DNA of 64,000 nucleotides from an uncultured Phycisphaerales bacterium (lineage in GTDB: Bacteria; Planctomycetota; Phycisphaerae; Tepidisphaerales; Tepidisphaeraceae): the NCBI GenBank assembly GCA_963844715.1, contig CAWJPJ010000008.1:96001-160000 (forward strand), read 5' to 3'. Positions 62,093-64,000 of this stretch are shown here, one piece after another; within the stretch, counting starts at the first letter, position 1, and every line of letters starts with the position of its first letter. The translations under genes were made by a program, and so were the position numbers. The notes below the pieces were generated by a model. The model searched no databases and had not been told where the DNA came from. It saw nothing but the letters and a program-made list of their open reading frames with translations.

Positions 62093-62879
62093 ACTCGATG
62101 GTTTCGGCCTCATCGCTCGCGCCCGGCACAGCCGGCGTGCGCGTCGCGCTCGCCGCCTTGCGCGCCGCGGCCTTGCGGCTCCGGCGGGTGCGGCCGACCG
62201 TCTGCTGATCCACCGTCGCCTTGCGCTCGGGATTGATGTTGGCGACCTGAACCGCGTGGAACGCATCCGGGGCGTACAGATCGGCGCCGATCTCGTCGGC
62301 CAATCCTTCGGCTCGCTTATAAATTCCGCCGCAGCACATCACCTGCATGTCCGGGCAGGAATTCACTTCGCGCAGATAGTCGATGAGCTTCCGCACCGCC
62401 GGCACTCCCGAGGGGAGCGTCGCGAACATGACGACCAGGTCCGGGCGATATTCGCCGATCAGCTTGAGGACTTCGTCCTCGGGGACGCCGCCCCCGGCAA
62501 AGCGCGTCGTCCACCCGTCGGCTTCGAAGAGGTCGGCGGTGATTTGTCCGCCCAGTTCCTCCGGCTCGTCGTTGCCGCAGAAGATCAGCACTTTCTTGTT
62601 ATTCCGTTCCTTGTGAGGAATCTGGGCCGCCAACTGGTCGGTAATGGACCGGTTCAGGCGCGTCGCCAGGTTCAGGGTGCTGCGCGTGATCTGGTCCTGG
62701 CGGTAGTGATCCTGGAGCGACTCCATGGTGGGCCAGATGAGGGTGGCCAATAAATCACGGGCGCTTATACCGCTAAACAGGGCATGCTCGACGACGCGGC
62801 GGCATTCGACGCGGTCACCGGCCAGAAGCGGTTCAAGGTACTTATCGTTGAGAGAGACGCTGGGTATGGAAAGACTCAT
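62091..62879 (-). CDS. Cobalamin-binding-domain protein (cap + Rossmann domain)
   Basis: N-terminal helical cap, then ADLFEADGW, GGGVP, RPDLV, CGG and IGAD.YA.DA. Confidence 0.78.
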   Translation of the reverse strand: MSLSIPSVSLNDKYLEPLLAGDRVECRRVVEHALFSGISARDLLATLIWPTMESLQDHYRQDQITRSTLNLATRLNRSITDQLAAQIPHKERNNKKVLIFCGNDEPEELGGQITADLFEADGWTTRFAGGGVPEDEVLKLIGEYRPDLVVMFATLPSGVPAVRKLIDYLREVNSCPDMQVMCCGGIYKRAEGLADEIGADLYAPDAFHAVQVANINPERKATVDQQTVGRTRRSRKAAARKAASATRTPAVPGASDEAETIE

Positions 62880-62971
62880 GGGACGTTACTCCAAGATCGG
62901 AGGGCCTGTCCGTTAAGCCGCTGCCGATTCTGCAACACATTGGAGGCGTCCCTGCCACCATTACCAGGAAG

Positions 62972-63077
62972 ATGTTAAAATAGGCAAACTGCGTTGATAT
63001 GTGTATCGGAGATGTGCTTTTGAAATCTTCACTATTTTAACATTTTGTCCGTGGGTAGAGCGAATCTATCTTAACAT
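62972..63077. promoter_or_regulatory. Three copies of a 12-bp motif upstream of the B12-domain gene
   Basis: ATGTTAAAATAG (62972-83), its exact reverse complement CTATTTTAACAT (63032-43), and CTATCTTAACAT (63066-77). Confidence 0.5.
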
Positions 63078-63107
63078 TATATACATAAGTAATTTAATTA
63101 CAAATGG

Positions 63108-63920
63108 TTATATTATATTGCCACGCCGGTCGGCTTGGATATATTGGGGAACATCCGGGCAATAGGCGGTAAGGAGGCCAACAGGGCTCAGGGCAGATGC
63201 CGTGTCCACCAGGACGATTTTCTCGGCGACGATGGGGATCAGCTTCCCACCCCCATGCCGGTCGTACCCGCCCCGGCTGCCGTAGGCATCCACCGGCGTG
63301 TGGCCGAAGTACCCGGTCCGCTTCCAGGCCTTCGGCTGATCCAGCTCTTCGACCGTAAAACGCCCCCAAATGGCGACCCGCCGCATCTCATGGTCGTGAT
63401 GCAGCCGGACGGCGGGGTCGGGGTCGGAATCAGACTGATGAGTCTCCCATTTCGCGTGCACCACGAAGAGGTCCGGCTCCTGAATCACCGGCTGAAGCCC
63501 GCGCAGAAAGTCCCGGTGGCTCTGTGGGACCGCCGCGAACAGGCGATCCAGTGCCGACTCGCTTGGATGCCGCATCACCTCGATCATGTCGTTGGGGTGC
63601 ACCCCATAGCTCGCCAGCGTGTCGGCAAGGCCATGTTCCATGAACCATCGAAAGGCGATAGGGCGGTTGTTCTGCGTGGCCTGCTCGGCGAAGCTGGAGC
63701 CGTTGAGGATCAGATCGAGAACGTCGTCGTGATTTCCCCGGCAGAATCTCGCATTGGGGAATTGCAGCAGCAAATCGACAACCCCGCGGGCGTCCGGGCC
63801 GCGGTTGACATAGTCGCCGACGAAAATCCACTGCGGTGAGGAATCGAGCTCGGTCACCGCGTCAATCAGTCCCTGAAGGGGCCGCAGCATTCCGTGGATG
63901 TCTCCGACAATCCAGCGCAC
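63108..63920 (-). CDS. Calcineurin-like metallophosphoesterase (PPP-type Ser/Thr phosphatase)
   Basis: GDIHG, GDYVNRGP, RGNHD, VHA, FGHTP and VDT. Start at GTG 63920 or TTG 63947. Confidence 0.88.
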   Translation of the reverse strand: MRWIVGDIHGMLRPLQGLIDAVTELDSSPQWIFVGDYVNRGPDARGVVDLLLQFPNARFCRGNHDDVLDLILNGSSFAEQATQNNRPIAFRWFMEHGLADTLASYGVHPNDMIEVMRHPSESALDRLFAAVPQSHRDFLRGLQPVIQEPDLFVVHAKWETHQSDSDPDPAVRLHHDHEMRRVAIWGRFTVEELDQPKAWKRTGYFGHTPVDAYGSRGGYDRHGGGKLIPIVAEKIVLVDTASALSPVGLLTAYCPDVPQYIQADRRGNII

Positions 63921-64000
63921 AGTCCGAAAGTATACGCCGAAGCTCAAGAATAATGGACCAGCTCAAGGTGTTTCTCCGCCCCGTCGAGCAGAAGCTGGTC

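Noticed and set aside
62880..63107. Cobalamin riboswitch upstream of the B12-domain gene
   Set aside because: No recognisable B12-box or conserved core on the minus strand.

Overview
GC-rich bacterial chromosomal segment, most likely Planctomycetota (Phycisphaerae/Tepidisphaerales-like). This is inferred from the ECF sigma + Ser/Thr kinase pair, prepilin-domain protein, XylR-type regulators and TQP motifs in secreted proteins. About 20 genes, including ispF, uvrA and ruvB, carry single-base frameshifts, so the assembly probably has long-read indel errors. Contents in order: lipoprotein cluster; MNT-HEPN toxin-antitoxin pair; ECF sigma + membrane Ser/Thr kinase interrupted by a cargo-carrying IS1595 (22-bp IRs, 8-bp TSD); arsR-arsC-aquaporin operon; IS5-family element; pectin/uronate locus (3 GH28, SSS transporter, uronate isomerase, XylR, pilin-LamG protein); csp + histidine kinase whose 3' 121 bp are duplicated around a heptamer-repeat-associated four-helix-bundle gene; pentameric ligand-gated ion channel; NtrC-ispF-cysS-ruvC-ruvA-M50-ruvB; uvrA; a long co-directional run of TMTC-like and two GT41 glycosyltransferases, RsbW-like kinase, STAS and MlaEFD; and a B12-binding-domain protein lacking the canonical His. 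Intergenic spaces hold several families of short-unit palindromes and a dispersed ~75-bp repeat. The best candidates for an undescribed system are the transposase-free four-helix-bundle cassette with its repeat families and the kinase/STAS-coupled Mla operon.
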